DNA of 63,937 nucleotides from Bacillota bacterium. Lineage in GTDB: Bacteria > Bacillota > Sulfobacillia > UBA995 > UBA9673. The stretch spans positions 1 through 63,937 of the forward strand of contig QZJP01000069.1 of the NCBI GenBank assembly GCA_003599345.1, written 5' to 3'. Shown in pieces: positions 51,043-60,990 of this stretch. Every line of letters begins with the position of its first letter. Within the stretch, counting starts at the first letter, position 1. The notes below the pieces were generated by a model. The model had not been told where the DNA came from and made no database searches. It saw only the letters and a list, made by a program, of their open reading frames with translations. Position numbers and translations under genes: made by a program.

Positions 51043-54000
51043 CGGGCCCCATCTCCTCCTCTATCTCCTTCTCTACCTCTTTCTCCATCTCGGCCCAGAC
51101 GTCGTCGCCCTTGAGCCGCCTCAGGCGGCGGTACTCGTCGCCCGCCTTGAGGTCGAACCGGCATACCGGACGGTAGTCGCAGAAACGGCAGGCCGTCTCG
51201 CCCGGGGACGCGAACGCCGGCCGGATGCCGATTTCGCCCGCGGCTACGGACGCGGTGAGGCTTCGCAATTTCAGCAGGGTGAAGTCGAGCAGGGTGCGCA
51301 TCTGCTGCTTGCTGACGACAGGCTCGCCCTTCCTGGCTTTCCCCGAGGCGGTAAGGGTGAGGGGCAGCAAGGGACGGGACTTGCCGGTCGACTCGATGTC
51401 CCGGTCCATCAGGCGAAGGACGTCGGGGTCAGCGAGGACGAAGCCTCTCACGCGGACCCTGGTGAGGCGCTCTCGCTCGAGGTCCTCGTCTCCCAGGGGC
51501 CTTTCGGCGCGCACGTACGGGTCGGCGACGGGGAAGAAGAAGGCCCCGGCCGGCACAGGTCTCCCGGGCCTGGCGGCAATCGCCTCCTCCCATTCCGTCT
51601 CGGGGGCGGTTGCCGCGAGGAGGTAAGCTGGGAGCTGGACATCAAGTCCGGCATGGGTCTTGCCGAAGTCGTAGCGGCGCCCCCCCGACTTGAAGTCGAT
51701 GACCCGGACGAAGGACTCCGTCCCGGTCCGGGCGACTTCCACGCGGTCCACGACTCCGCGGAGCGTCACATCCTCCCCGGCCGAGGGCATCCGGACGAAC
51801 CGCATCTCGGTCCCCACGGGGCGGAAGCTGCCTCTCCGGGCGTGCTCGCGGAGGACTTTGAGGGTCCGCCGGACGGTCCGCTCGAGACGTTCCGCGAGAT
51901 AGCGGTACCGCGCCCGCGAGGCCAGGATATCGCTCTCTAGGCGGGGGGCGACCTCGTCGACCGCTTCCCGGAGCCGCCCGGCGACGGTCTCGTCGTCGAG
52001 CTGGGCGAGGTCGAGGTCGTCGGCGGCCAGGCGCCTCGAGAACAGGTTGAGGACGGCGTGATAGTAGCTCCCGATCTCGGGAGCCGCGAGGCGTTGTCTC
52101 GGCCGAGGCCTGAGAGCCAGACCGGCCGACGCGAAATGGCTGAACGGGCAGGCGGCGAAGCGTTCCAGCCGCGATACGCTAACTCGAGCCGGCTTGCCGT
52201 ACAGGAGCCGGGCCAACTCCGGGGCGAGGTCGCCCGAGCGGTTCCGGTAGCCTAGCGAGGCCAGAGCCGCCCGGGCGCGCTGGCGGCGGAGGTCGTCCTT
52301 GACCAGCCAGTTGTAGGCCTCCAGGACGGCCGGGGGAACGCGGGGGCCGTGTCCCCCGGCGCCGGCCGGCCCGCCGCCGTGCCCGCCGCCGTCGCCGGAG
52401 TCGCCGCCGATGGGGCCTTCCCGCCGTCGTGCCTCGGCCAGAACGCGGGTGACCTGGGTCGTGACCTCTCCCTCAGCGCATAGCTCGGTCGCCTCTTCGG
52501 GTTCGAGGGAGACCGGTGTTACGGCGCTCGTTGGGAACATGGCCTTGAGCGCGGAGACGACCTGGGAGGGCGCCATGGCCTTCCCGTCACTGTCGGCCAG
52601 GGTGTGGCTGACCCAGAGACGCTCCGACGCCCGGGTGAGAGCGATGTAGGCGAAGTAGTCCTCGGCCAGGGCCTTCTCTCGGCTCGACGGGGCCAGGTCG
52701 AGGCCGTACCCCTCGGCGAGATCGGCACGTTCCCTGTCGTCGAAGATGGTATCGTCGCGGTGCATGGCGGGGAAGACCCCGTCGTTGACTCCGAGGACGA
52801 AAGACGCCCGCACGTCCGGCTGTCGCGAGCGGTCGATGGCCCCCACCGTGACCTGGTCGAGGCTAGGCGGGACCAGCGAGAGCGTGAGGGTGGCCAATCC
52901 TGCCTCGAGCGTTCGGCCGAACTCCTCCGTGGAAACGGGCCAGGAGCCGAGGTTAGTCACCATCTGGTCGAGGACGCGGCAGAATCCCTTGAGAACCTGC
53001 TCATGCTCTTGCGCTTCGTCCGGGCGCCCGGCTTCGATGGCCTCGCCGGCCCACCGCTCGAGCGTCGCCGGCACACCGGCAGCCTCGACGAGCTCCCACA
53101 GGGCGGCGGCTCTATCTTCGAAGGTCGCCGGAGGAGAACCGCCCGCGGCTTCCTCCCCGCCGGCCAAACGGGAGGCGTAGGGGCTGAGGAGTGCGGCGAC
53201 CTGCCTCCGGAGCGAGTCGACCCTGTCCAGGACGTCCTCCGTGGCGGGGTCGGGCGGGGCCGTCTCGTCCAGGGCGAACACCCGGCGCCAGCGCCAGGGT
53301 TCATCGCGGGTCCACGTCCGGCAGCCCCGCAGCCCGTGAGCGATGACGTAGTTCTCGAGGACGTCGACGTCGGCGCGCGGGAGAGGCCACAGATCGGTCT
53401 TCAGCAGGCGAAAGAGCGGGCCCGGCGCCCAGTCGTCGTGGGCGACCTCCACCGCGGAGCGGGCGAACTCTACCAGCGGGTGGTAGGTCACCGGCCGGCG
53501 CCTGTCGATGAAGTAGGGGACGCCGTAGTCGACCAGGGTCGCCTCGATGATGCCCGCGTAGGGCTCAAGGCGCCGGGCGACGAGAGACATGTCCCTCCAG
53601 CGGTAGCCCTCCTCGCGGGCCAGGCGGACCATCTCGCGGGCGGCCGCGGCGACCTCGGCGTGGCGCGAGTTCGCCACGACGAGCGCCAGCCCCGGGGGGG
53701 CGGTATCGCTGTCGGGAGTGGGCCCCCGGTAAGGGCCGGGGACCGGTCTCGGGTAGTTTCTCTCCAGGTGAGCGAGGGCGGGCGACCCGGCGAACCTCGG
53801 CGGGGGGTCGCCTTTGAGCACGACGGGTTCGGCTCTCTCTACGCCCGCCTGGGCAAGGCGGCCGAGGAGGGCGTCGTAGGTGCGGAGGGCGGGGTGAAAG
53901 GCGGACGGGCCCGACCGGCCCGAAGACCTCGCCTCGACGGGGTCCACGCACAGGGCGACCGACAGCTCTTCGACCGTGTCCGCGAGGGCGATGAGGACGT

Positions 54001-54655
54001 CGAGCTCCCGGGCGGTGAACCCGGCGAAGCCGTCGACCCATACGCTGGCCCCGGCCACGCAGGACGGGCGCGAGCCGAGGCGTCCGGCGAGGAATGCCAG
54101 GTGGTCGTCCGGGTCGACCCACCGCCCCTCCAGGTAGTCCTCCAGCTCCCGGCTGATGATGGCGAGGTCCCGGAGTTTCCTCGCCAGGAGAGTATCGTCC
54201 TGGGCGGTGGCGGCCAGGCGTTCGCAGGCCCGCTCCAACTCCTGGTGTCCTATGCTGTAAGCCCGGAGCTCGCCGAGCGTTTGGACGAGCCGGCTGAGGA
54301 AGCCCAGGCTGTCCAGGCAGGAACCGAAGACGCATAGCTGGTCCTGCCTCCGACTCAATAAGGCCCTCAGGGCCATGACCTTGCCCACTTCATCTATGTG
54401 CGGCCGTGCCGCGCCTCCGGTCTCGGCCATGACGCGCAGGGCCAGGCGCCTGAAGCTCAGCACCTGGGCCCTGGCTGTTCCCGGCACCCCCGGAAGCGAC
54501 ACGAGGGCCCGGTCCATCTGGAAGGTGGCCTGTTCGGGGACGAGCAGGATCAACGGGGGGCCGTCCGGGCCACGTCTGAGTTCCCTCGCGACAGCCTCCA
54601 GGCAGTAGCGGGTCTTGCCGCTTCCGGCGCGGCCGAGGACGAATCGGAAAGGCAA
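51035..54655 (-). CDS. addB: ATP-dependent helicase/nuclease AddB
   Basis: 1206 aa with N-terminal GRAGSGKT. The C-terminal nuclease/Fe-S region has FAACPFSHF ... CRFCDYRPVCR and VIDFKSG. It overlaps the addA start by 8 nt. Confidence 0.9.
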   Translation of the reverse strand: MPFRFVLGRAGSGKTRYCLEAVARELRRGPDGPPLILLVPEQATFQMDRALVSLPGVPGTARAQVLSFRRLALRVMAETGGAARPHIDEVGKVMALRALLSRRQDQLCVFGSCLDSLGFLSRLVQTLGELRAYSIGHQELERACERLAATAQDDTLLARKLRDLAIISRELEDYLEGRWVDPDDHLAFLAGRLGSRPSCVAGASVWVDGFAGFTARELDVLIALADTVEELSVALCVDPVEARSSGRSGPSAFHPALRTYDALLGRLAQAGVERAEPVVLKGDPPPRFAGSPALAHLERNYPRPVPGPYRGPTPDSDTAPPGLALVVANSRHAEVAAAAREMVRLAREEGYRWRDMSLVARRLEPYAGIIEATLVDYGVPYFIDRRRPVTYHPLVEFARSAVEVAHDDWAPGPLFRLLKTDLWPLPRADVDVLENYVIAHGLRGCRTWTRDEPWRWRRVFALDETAPPDPATEDVLDRVDSLRRQVAALLSPYASRLAGGEEAAGGSPPATFEDRAAALWELVEAAGVPATLERWAGEAIEAGRPDEAQEHEQVLKGFCRVLDQMVTNLGSWPVSTEEFGRTLEAGLATLTLSLVPPSLDQVTVGAIDRSRQPDVRASFVLGVNDGVFPAMHRDDTIFDDRERADLAEGYGLDLAPSSREKALAEDYFAYIALTRASERLWVSHTLADSDGKAMAPSQVVSALKAMFPTSAVTPVSLEPEEATELCAEGEVTTQVTRVLAEARRREGPIGGDSGDGGGHGGGPAGAGGHGPRVPPAVLEAYNWLVKDDLRRQRARAALASLGYRNRSGDLAPELARLLYGKPARVSVSRLERFAACPFSHFASAGLALRPRPRQRLAAPEIGSYYHAVLNLFSRRLAADDLDLAQLDDETVAGRLREAVDEVAPRLESDILASRARYRYLAERLERTVRRTLKVLREHARRGSFRPVGTEMRFVRMPSAGEDVTLRGVVDRVEVARTGTESFVRVIDFKSGGRRYDFGKTHAGLDVQLPAYLLAATAPETEWEEAIAARPGRPVPAGAFFFPVADPYVRAERPLGDEDLERERLTRVRVRGFVLADPDVLRLMDRDIESTGKSRPLLPLTLTASGKARKGEPVVSKQQMRTLLDFTLLKLRSLTASVAAGEIGIRPAFASPGETACRFCDYRPVCRFDLKAGDEYRRLRRLKGDDVWAEMEKEVEKEIEEEMGPGG

Positions 54656-54796
54656 CCCAAGACCCCCAGAGGTGGAATCCTGCCCTCACTCCTTGGACGC
54701 GCTGCCTCGATTCCCTCTGCCTGGAGCGCGGCTCCGGTGGGTCCGGGCGACCACGGTCCTAGCAGCCCGTTAGCCCTGCGGCTCGGGCCGAAGGCG

Positions 54797-54814
54797 GAGG
54801 ATTCCCGAATCCTC
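54797..54814. promoter_or_regulatory. Perfect palindrome upstream of the MATE gene (candidate operator)
   Basis: GAGGATTC-CC-GAATCCTC (8+8 bp) lies 20 nt before the ATG at 54834. Confidence 0.3.
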
Positions 54815-54833
54815 GGGCGAAACGGGGCAACCC

Positions 54834-56219
54834 ATGGCCTCGACTCAGTCCGACACGGTACTCGGGTCCCAGATCGCCCCGTCCCCGGGTTCGGCCGTCA
54901 TGCGCCGGGCGATTCTCCGCCTGGCCTGGCCCGCCGCCCTCGAGATGGTCCTTCACATGGGCGTCTGGATGTTCGACGTCGCGATGGTGGGCCGCCTCGG
55001 GGCGGTCTCTCTCAGCGCCACGGCGGTGTCGGGCCAGGTCTACTGGTCCCTGGTCTTCCTGATGGGGGGCATAGGGGTCGGCCTGACGGCCGTCGTATCC
55101 AGGCTGATAGGGGCCGGGGAGCGTAGGGAGGCCGGGCGCGTCGGGGCGCAGGGGGCTCTCCTGGCCCTCGCCGCGGGGCTGGCCCTGGGCGTGATAGTCT
55201 GGGCGGCCGCACCCGGGGTGTTCCTAGTCGCCAGGCTCGGTCAAGAGGCTTCGAGTCTCGGCGTCACCTACATGCGGACGATCTGCCTGGGGGCGCCGTT
55301 CCTGGTCACCGGGATGGCCCTCTCCGGAGTCCTTCGAGCCTACGGGGACACCCGGACTCCGATGCTGATCGTAGCTCTCACGAACGCCCTCAACGTGGTG
55401 GGTGACTGGGCTCTCATCTTCGGGAACCTCGGCTTTCCCGCCCTCGGTGTGCGGGGCGCGGCCCTCGCCAGCCTCAGCGCCCAGGCGGTCGGCGCCGTGG
55501 TCTTCATGGCCCTCCTCTTCTCGGGGAGGCTCAAGGCAAGGATAAGCCTCGCGGATGTCACCCGCCCCGACCGGTTTGTCGTCGCCCGCATTCTACGCGT
55601 GGCCGTCCCCGCCAGCCTGGAGAACATGTTCACTGACCTTGCGAGGACTGTCGGCATCTTCGCCGTGACCTCTCTCGGATCCGTGGCCATGGCCTCCCAC
55701 GAGGTGACGGCGGCGGCGGAGTCCCTCTCCTTCATGCCCGGCTTCGGGTTGGCGGTGGCCGCGACGGTCCTGGTGGGCCAGAGCCTCGGGGCGGGGGACC
55801 CGGCCAGGGCCGAGGCCGGCGTCCGGGAGAGCGCCCGCATGTCCGTGATGTTCATGGGTTCGCTGGGGGTGCTCTTCTTACTGATTCCAAGGCAGTTGGT
55901 GAGCGTGTTCACCAACGACCCGGCGATCATCGACCTCGCGTCGAAGTGCCTGCGGGTCACCGCCTTCGCGCAGCCTTTCATGGCCCTTCAGGGGGTATAC
56001 TCCGGAGCTTTGCGGGGGGCGGGGGACACCAGGTCGCCCATGCTCATAGCCGCCGTCACGTCCTGGGGTTGCCGGGTCGCCTTATCCTACCTCGCGGTCT
56101 TCGTCCTTCACCTGCCTCTTCCATGGCTCTGGGGAATCATGGTCCTCGACTGGGGTGTCAAGCTCGCCTGGGTGACCGTCGTCTACCGGCGCGGCCGGTG
56201 GCGGGAGGCCGGGGTCTAG
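54834..56219 (+). CDS. MATE-family efflux transporter
   Basis: 461 aa with 12 TMs. ILRLAWPAALEMVL and the duplicated (A/G)LRG(A/Y)GDTR(T/S)PM motif fit the NorM/DinF class. Confidence 0.9.
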   Translation: MASTQSDTVLGSQIAPSPGSAVMRRAILRLAWPAALEMVLHMGVWMFDVAMVGRLGAVSLSATAVSGQVYWSLVFLMGGIGVGLTAVVSRLIGAGERREAGRVGAQGALLALAAGLALGVIVWAAAPGVFLVARLGQEASSLGVTYMRTICLGAPFLVTGMALSGVLRAYGDTRTPMLIVALTNALNVVGDWALIFGNLGFPALGVRGAALASLSAQAVGAVVFMALLFSGRLKARISLADVTRPDRFVVARILRVAVPASLENMFTDLARTVGIFAVTSLGSVAMASHEVTAAAESLSFMPGFGLAVAATVLVGQSLGAGDPARAEAGVRESARMSVMFMGSLGVLFLLIPRQLVSVFTNDPAIIDLASKCLRVTAFAQPFMALQGVYSGALRGAGDTRSPMLIAAVTSWGCRVALSYLAVFVLHLPLPWLWGIMVLDWGVKLAWVTVVYRRGRWREAGV

Positions 56220-57337
56220 CCCGGCGGGCACTCGATGCGCAGCCTCGCGTAGACCTCCTTGGTAACGATTCCGTTCACCGCCAGCCGTTCCCGGGTCTGG
56301 AAGACCCGCACGGCCTGGGCCGTTCGCGGTCCGTAGACGCCGTCCGCGGGGCCCGGGTCGATGCCCTGCCCGGCCAGCGCCTGCTGCACGGCGACCACGT
56401 CGGGCCCGCTCATGAAGGGGGTCGTCACGGCCAGGGTCCGGCATTCGGCCAAGGGGCTGCCGGGAGCGGGGGTGGGTCCGGGAGGAGAAGGCTCATCGGC
56501 CGGCGAGGCGGCGGCGAGTAGTTTCGACACGGCGACACATTTCAGCCCCCTGGCCGCGAGTCGCGCCAGTATGACCGGCAAGGCCCGGACCGTCTGCTCA
56601 ACCCCGTCGTGGAGCACGACGATGGAGCCCGGCGACGTGCGTGACAGCACGTGGCCGGCTATCGACGAGGCCGGCGGGCTCCGCCAGTCCTGAGGGTCGA
56701 CGTCCCAGAGGACGTTGTGGCTGTAGCCGGCGGTGGCGGCCCCGCCCAGCACCGTGGCGCTGAAGTCTCCGTACGGGGGGCGGAAGAGGTCTGTCTGCTC
56801 GGCGCCGGCCTCGACCATGGCCCGCCTCGTGAGCTCCAGCTGTCGCAACACGCCCGCGTAACCCACTCTGGTCAGCCAAGCGTGGTCGTAGCTGTGGTTG
56901 GCCAGCTCGCTACCGGCCGATACGACACTCCTGACCGCTTCGGGGTTCTGGTGGACCAGTTTGCCTACGACGAAGAACGTCGCCGAGCCCCCGTAGTCGC
57001 CTAAGATTCGCAGCTTCGCCGCAGTCAGCGTCGGGCTGGGCCCGTCGTCGAACGTCAGGGCGACCAGTCCCTGACTGGTGTTCACCCGGCGGATGGTGGC
57101 GATGCCCGCCGACAAGCCCTCTACTTCCCCTCGCAGGCCCTCGGGCGCCAGCATCCCCGTGCCCCAACGGCCGGCTCGCCTCAAGTCCCGCCCACCGGTC
57201 CAGCCGTGCATCCGGCATCCCCCCGTGCGTGTTGTCGTCCGGGTCCAATCTATGCCCGGCGTTTCCGGCCGGCGCGGAGGACGGGCAGGCCAACGCCGCC
57301 GGCCCCGTGGCTGGTTTCGTGAATCCTGGGAAACCAT
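56216..57337 (-). CDS. Polysaccharide deacetylase (NodB domain) with C-terminal peptidoglycan-binding domain; N-terminus uncertain
   Basis: NodB motifs are LTFDDGPS, HSYDH, FRPPYG and VVLHDG. The PG_binding_1 motif is VVAVQQALAGQGIDPGPADGVYGPRTAQAVRVFQ. Confidence 0.85.
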   Translation of the reverse strand: MVSQDSRNQPRGRRRWPARPPRRPETPGIDWTRTTTRTGGCRMHGWTGGRDLRRAGRWGTGMLAPEGLRGEVEGLSAGIATIRRVNTSQGLVALTFDDGPSPTLTAAKLRILGDYGGSATFFVVGKLVHQNPEAVRSVVSAGSELANHSYDHAWLTRVGYAGVLRQLELTRRAMVEAGAEQTDLFRPPYGDFSATVLGGAATAGYSHNVLWDVDPQDWRSPPASSIAGHVLSRTSPGSIVVLHDGVEQTVRALPVILARLAARGLKCVAVSKLLAAASPADEPSPPGPTPAPGSPLAECRTLAVTTPFMSGPDVVAVQQALAGQGIDPGPADGVYGPRTAQAVRVFQTRERLAVNGIVTKEVYARLRIECPPG

Positions 57338-57549
57338 GTCCCTCCCCGCCTGAATCTGGTCGACGGCGATGAGGCTGCCGGGCGCAACCTGTCGAGCCCG
57401 GATCGCGTCTTAAGGCTTGTCGGGACGTTATGTCAACATGGGTCCTGGGCCCGTCTGGCTGCGCCGCGTCACCTGGCGTCAGGTCACGCCACATGGTGCG
57501 AGGCAAGAGAAGAGGTTCAAATCATCAGGAAGGAAGGTCGTAGAGACAC

Positions 57550-58776
57550 ATGCTACAGAACGCCAGGCAAGTGGATTTGCTCAGGAAGACCGGAAAGGTG
57601 TGGCTGGCTGGGGTCGTGCTCGCGGCCGTGGCTCTCACGGCGGTCGTCTCCGGAGTTGCGGTCGCGGCCCCGGCGAAGAAGCCGGCGGGCGAGCCGGGCA
57701 CGCCCCAGGCCGCGCTCGAGTACAGGCTGTGGCAGGACCAGAGGGATCCGTACCGCCTCCACTTCCAGGTGGTCAACCCGACCCAGAAGCACATTCCCCT
57801 CGTCTTCCCTACTGGGCAGAGTTTCGACCTGACCGTCTACCGCAAGGGCGTGGAGAAGTGGCGGTGGTCAGAGGGCCGGATGTTCACTCAGGCGGTGCGC
57901 GAGGTTTCCCTGGCGCCCGGCGGTAGCTTGAGCTACGTTATCGACCTGCCGGCCACGCTTGCGCGCCTCTACCGCGCCGACGCCACCTTCGAGGCCGCTC
58001 CCGGCCGCGTCTCGCCGGCCCGCCTGTGGTTCTGGCTCCCGGGCAAGGCCCAAGCCCCGGCTGTCCCCGACCTGTCCGGGCTCAGGTACGGCCTGGCGTG
58101 GGACCCCGATTACCCGCGCACACTCGTCTTCACGGTGCTGAACACGTCGAGTCAGGCGGTGGAACTAACCTTCCCAACCGGGCAGGAATTCGACGTCGTC
58201 GCCCGACGCCCGCGCTACGCGGCGGACGACCCGGCCAAGGGAGTGGTCTGGCGGGCGTCCGATGGTCAGTTCTACACCCAGACCCTTCATCGCGTCACCC
58301 TGGCGGCCGGCGGCAAGCTGGTCTACCGCGTCGCGGTGCCCCAGCTCTCAAGCGGCGCCTACCGCTTCGAGGCCTACTTCAAGGCCGACCCGTCGGGCAA
58401 GGTCGCGGCCACCCTCGCTGTCGCGAACACTGATCCACTGACCTACGGGCTGAGCATTCGCAACGGGAAAGTGCTCTTCTGGCTCTACAACGGCTCGGGC
58501 AAGACGGTCAACCTGCGCTTCACCGGCGACGAGGCCTACCGGCTGGCTCTCGTGGACTCCAAGGGCCGTGAGGTCTGGGTCTACAAGGGCACCCGCTTCT
58601 ACGGGGACGAGCGCCTCGTCGAGCCCATCCCGGCGGGGATGACCATGAACTACGTGGCTGCCGCGCCAAACACCCAGCGTCTCGGGCTGGCGCCGGGGAC
58701 CTACACTCTCAAGGCCTACTTCTTGGGAACCGGCACCCTTGGTCCGCACGCGGAGTGCACGCTCGTCGTCAACTGA
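57550..58776 (+). CDS. Secreted protein with three BsuPI-like (intracellular proteinase inhibitor fold) repeats
   Basis: It has a signal/TM (VWLAGVVLAAVALTAVV). Repeats 1 and 2 carry FPTGQSFDLTVYRKG..WRWSEGRMFTQA and FPTGQEFDVVAR...VVWRASDGQFYTQT. A third repeat is degenerate. Confidence 0.68.
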   Translation: MLQNARQVDLLRKTGKVWLAGVVLAAVALTAVVSGVAVAAPAKKPAGEPGTPQAALEYRLWQDQRDPYRLHFQVVNPTQKHIPLVFPTGQSFDLTVYRKGVEKWRWSEGRMFTQAVREVSLAPGGSLSYVIDLPATLARLYRADATFEAAPGRVSPARLWFWLPGKAQAPAVPDLSGLRYGLAWDPDYPRTLVFTVLNTSSQAVELTFPTGQEFDVVARRPRYAADDPAKGVVWRASDGQFYTQTLHRVTLAAGGKLVYRVAVPQLSSGAYRFEAYFKADPSGKVAATLAVANTDPLTYGLSIRNGKVLFWLYNGSGKTVNLRFTGDEAYRLALVDSKGREVWVYKGTRFYGDERLVEPIPAGMTMNYVAAAPNTQRLGLAPGTYTLKAYFLGTGTLGPHAECTLVVN

Positions 58777-58814
58777 CGGCCATTCTCCGATAGGCCGGCG
58801 AACTGCCCCACTCT

Positions 58815-58845
58815 CCGGGGCCCCGCGAAACGCGCGGGGTCCCGG
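58815..58845 (+). terminator. 13-bp GC hairpin after the BsuPI-like gene (terminator-like, no U tract)
   Basis: CCGGGGCCCCGCG-AAACG-CGCGGGGTCCCGG has one G-U pair. The left arm recurs at 58853. Confidence 0.4.
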
Positions 58846-58945
58846 GGCGTATCCGGGGCCCCGCGCGGGAAGGAGAAACGGGCCCTGATGAGAGAATCCG
58901 GCATGTCGCCCGCCGGCCCCGCGGGGCCGCAAGGAGGTGACGCGA

Positions 58946-59929
58946 ATGCCGCACGCTCCAACAGGGCCTGCGTTGTCCGTGCCGGTGCTGCCCCCAACGG
59001 GCGGGGGCCTCAGGCCGGGGGCCGCCTACTGGACTGTCCACGTGCTCGGCGTCGCCATCGTGGCCACAGCGGCCTTGTGGATATCCGTGGGGTGGTGGAG
59101 ACTCCTGGGGGAACGGCTCCGTGCGGAGCCCCGGAAGAATCCTTTGCCTCTCTGGGTGGCCTTGCTGCTGGTCGGTGGGGCGTACGCGCTGCAACTCCTG
59201 GTCAGCCGGTTCTGGGCCGACTTGGCCGCCGGCTGGCTCGCAGACGCTCAGGCCGGGGCCGCGCCCGTCTACGGATGGGTGGTCTACGGCTGGCTGCCCG
59301 GCCTCGTGGCTCTCCTGCCCTACGCCGTCATCGCTCTAGTAGTGGGCCGGGCGAGCGGTGGCGGCCGGGCGCCGGGGCCTGCGCAGGGCCGACCCGCCGG
59401 ATGGAAGGCCGTCGAGCCGGTCTTCCGGACCCTCCTCCCCTGGGGGGTGGTCGCGGTGACCGTGGTCGCTTTCCCCATGACCTCCTCATCCCTGGTGTTC
59501 GCGTCGTCTCTGAGAGGTCTCGCCCTAATGGGGGCCTACGGGTTCTCGATCAACGTTCTCTTGTTCCCGCTGGTTCTCGGGGTGCTCATGCCCAGCCTGG
59601 GCCAGGCTATCGAGCGGGCCCTGCGGTTCGCCCTGGGATCGGGCGGGCCCGCCCGGGGCCTGGCCGTGGCGGCGGGCGAGGCGGTCCTGGTGTCGGCCCT
59701 GCTCACCACGTGGCAGATCTGGCCCGGGCTCTCGGGACAGGGGGCCGCTCTTTCCGCCATTGTGCCCCATGCCGTGAGGTACGCCGCCACCAACGTCGTG
59801 TCAGCCCTGGCTTACCGGGCCGGGGGAGGCGTCCTGTGGTCCGCGGCGGTATCCCCGTTGATGCTGGCCGCCTGGAATCTCGTGCCGCTGCTTCTGGCCC
59901 AGTTCCTCTACTGGGCCCCCTGGATGTGA
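58946..59929 (+). CDS. Multi-pass membrane protein, unknown function
   Basis: The ATG at 58946 is preceded by AAGGAGG (58931-58937). It has about 8 hydrophobic helices and no family motif I recognised. Confidence 0.6.
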   Translation: MPHAPTGPALSVPVLPPTGGGLRPGAAYWTVHVLGVAIVATAALWISVGWWRLLGERLRAEPRKNPLPLWVALLLVGGAYALQLLVSRFWADLAAGWLADAQAGAAPVYGWVVYGWLPGLVALLPYAVIALVVGRASGGGRAPGPAQGRPAGWKAVEPVFRTLLPWGVVAVTVVAFPMTSSSLVFASSLRGLALMGAYGFSINVLLFPLVLGVLMPSLGQAIERALRFALGSGGPARGLAVAAGEAVLVSALLTTWQIWPGLSGQGAALSAIVPHAVRYAATNVVSALAYRAGGGVLWSAAVSPLMLAAWNLVPLLLAQFLYWAPWM

Positions 59930-59959
59930 CAAGAGGGGACGTGCGATAGGAGGAGACCG

Positions 59960-60841
59960 GTGTCGCGGTTGGAGCTTGTAGACGCGCTGCTCACCGGCGA
60001 CCCGCGGGCGCGAGGTCGCGTCCTTGACGCCGGCACGGGCGGAGGCCACATGACGGCTCTCCTGGCGGCGAGGCGACCGGTTGAACTCGTATCCGTGAGC
60101 CTGGACGACTCCTCGTTCGCCAGGGCCGGAGAACGCCTTCCGGCCGGGGCGGTCGATAGGGTCGTCTTCATCCTGGGGGACCTCGCCGATCCGGGATTCC
60201 TCGCCGGGCGGACCTTCGACCTCGTGGTGGGCGACTATCTCCTGGCGGCCGTCGCGGGCCACCGTCCCTTCCGCGAGGACCAGGTCCTGAGGTCGCTCGT
60301 GAGCCGCCTGGCCCGGGACGGCCTCCTCGTCCTGACAGGCATGGAACCGTTCGAACCCAGGCGGAGCAGGGAGGGGGAGGTGGTCTGGGCCATCCTGCGC
60401 TGGCGGGACGCCCTCGCGATCCTAGGTGGCGATGAGCCCTACCGGGAGGTGCCCGGGTGGTGGGCCGCAGAGCGCCTGCGCGAAGCGGGGATGAAGGCAC
60501 GGGAGCCGCTTCACTCGGAGCCGCTCCGCTGGTCGCCCGCCGGGCTCCGGGCCGTCGCCGATAGCGGTCTCCGGGCGGCCGGAAGAGCCGGGGACCCGAG
60601 GGTCCTCTCGACCGCGAGAGCTCGCCTTGGAGCGCTGTGCCGCGAGGCTGAGGGTCTCGCGCGGTCGGGCGGGAAAGACGGACGGCTTGCCTGGGGAAGG
60701 GATTGGGTCGTCCTGGCCGGACCGAGCGCATCGGGCCCGGCCAGGGGTGAGCCGGGGGGGCCGGGCGCGGAAAGAACGAGTCAACAGCCCTCGGGGCCTA
60801 GACAGCGGGGTAGCACCCTAGTAGAATACCACACTGTGTGA
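59960..60841 (+). CDS. Class I SAM-dependent methyltransferase
   Basis: 293 aa with motif I VLDAGTGGGHMTALLA and FDLVVGDYLL. AGGAGGAG lies upstream of the GTG start. Confidence 0.8.
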   Translation: MSRLELVDALLTGDPRARGRVLDAGTGGGHMTALLAARRPVELVSVSLDDSSFARAGERLPAGAVDRVVFILGDLADPGFLAGRTFDLVVGDYLLAAVAGHRPFREDQVLRSLVSRLARDGLLVLTGMEPFEPRRSREGEVVWAILRWRDALAILGGDEPYREVPGWWAAERLREAGMKAREPLHSEPLRWSPAGLRAVADSGLRAAGRAGDPRVLSTARARLGALCREAEGLARSGGKDGRLAWGRDWVVLAGPSASGPARGEPGGPGAERTSQQPSGPRQRGSTLVEYHTV

Positions 60842-60990
60842 TCAAGACTCTGGAGGAGGTGGCGTGAATGCTCATCGTCCGTTTTGCCGCTGTTGCCGGC
60901 GTTCACGGCCACTCGTCCGGGTCGGTGAGTCCGCTCTAGAGCCTGGCTGGTCCAGGCCCCCGCCTGAAGGCGGGCACGGAGAGGTATGAC

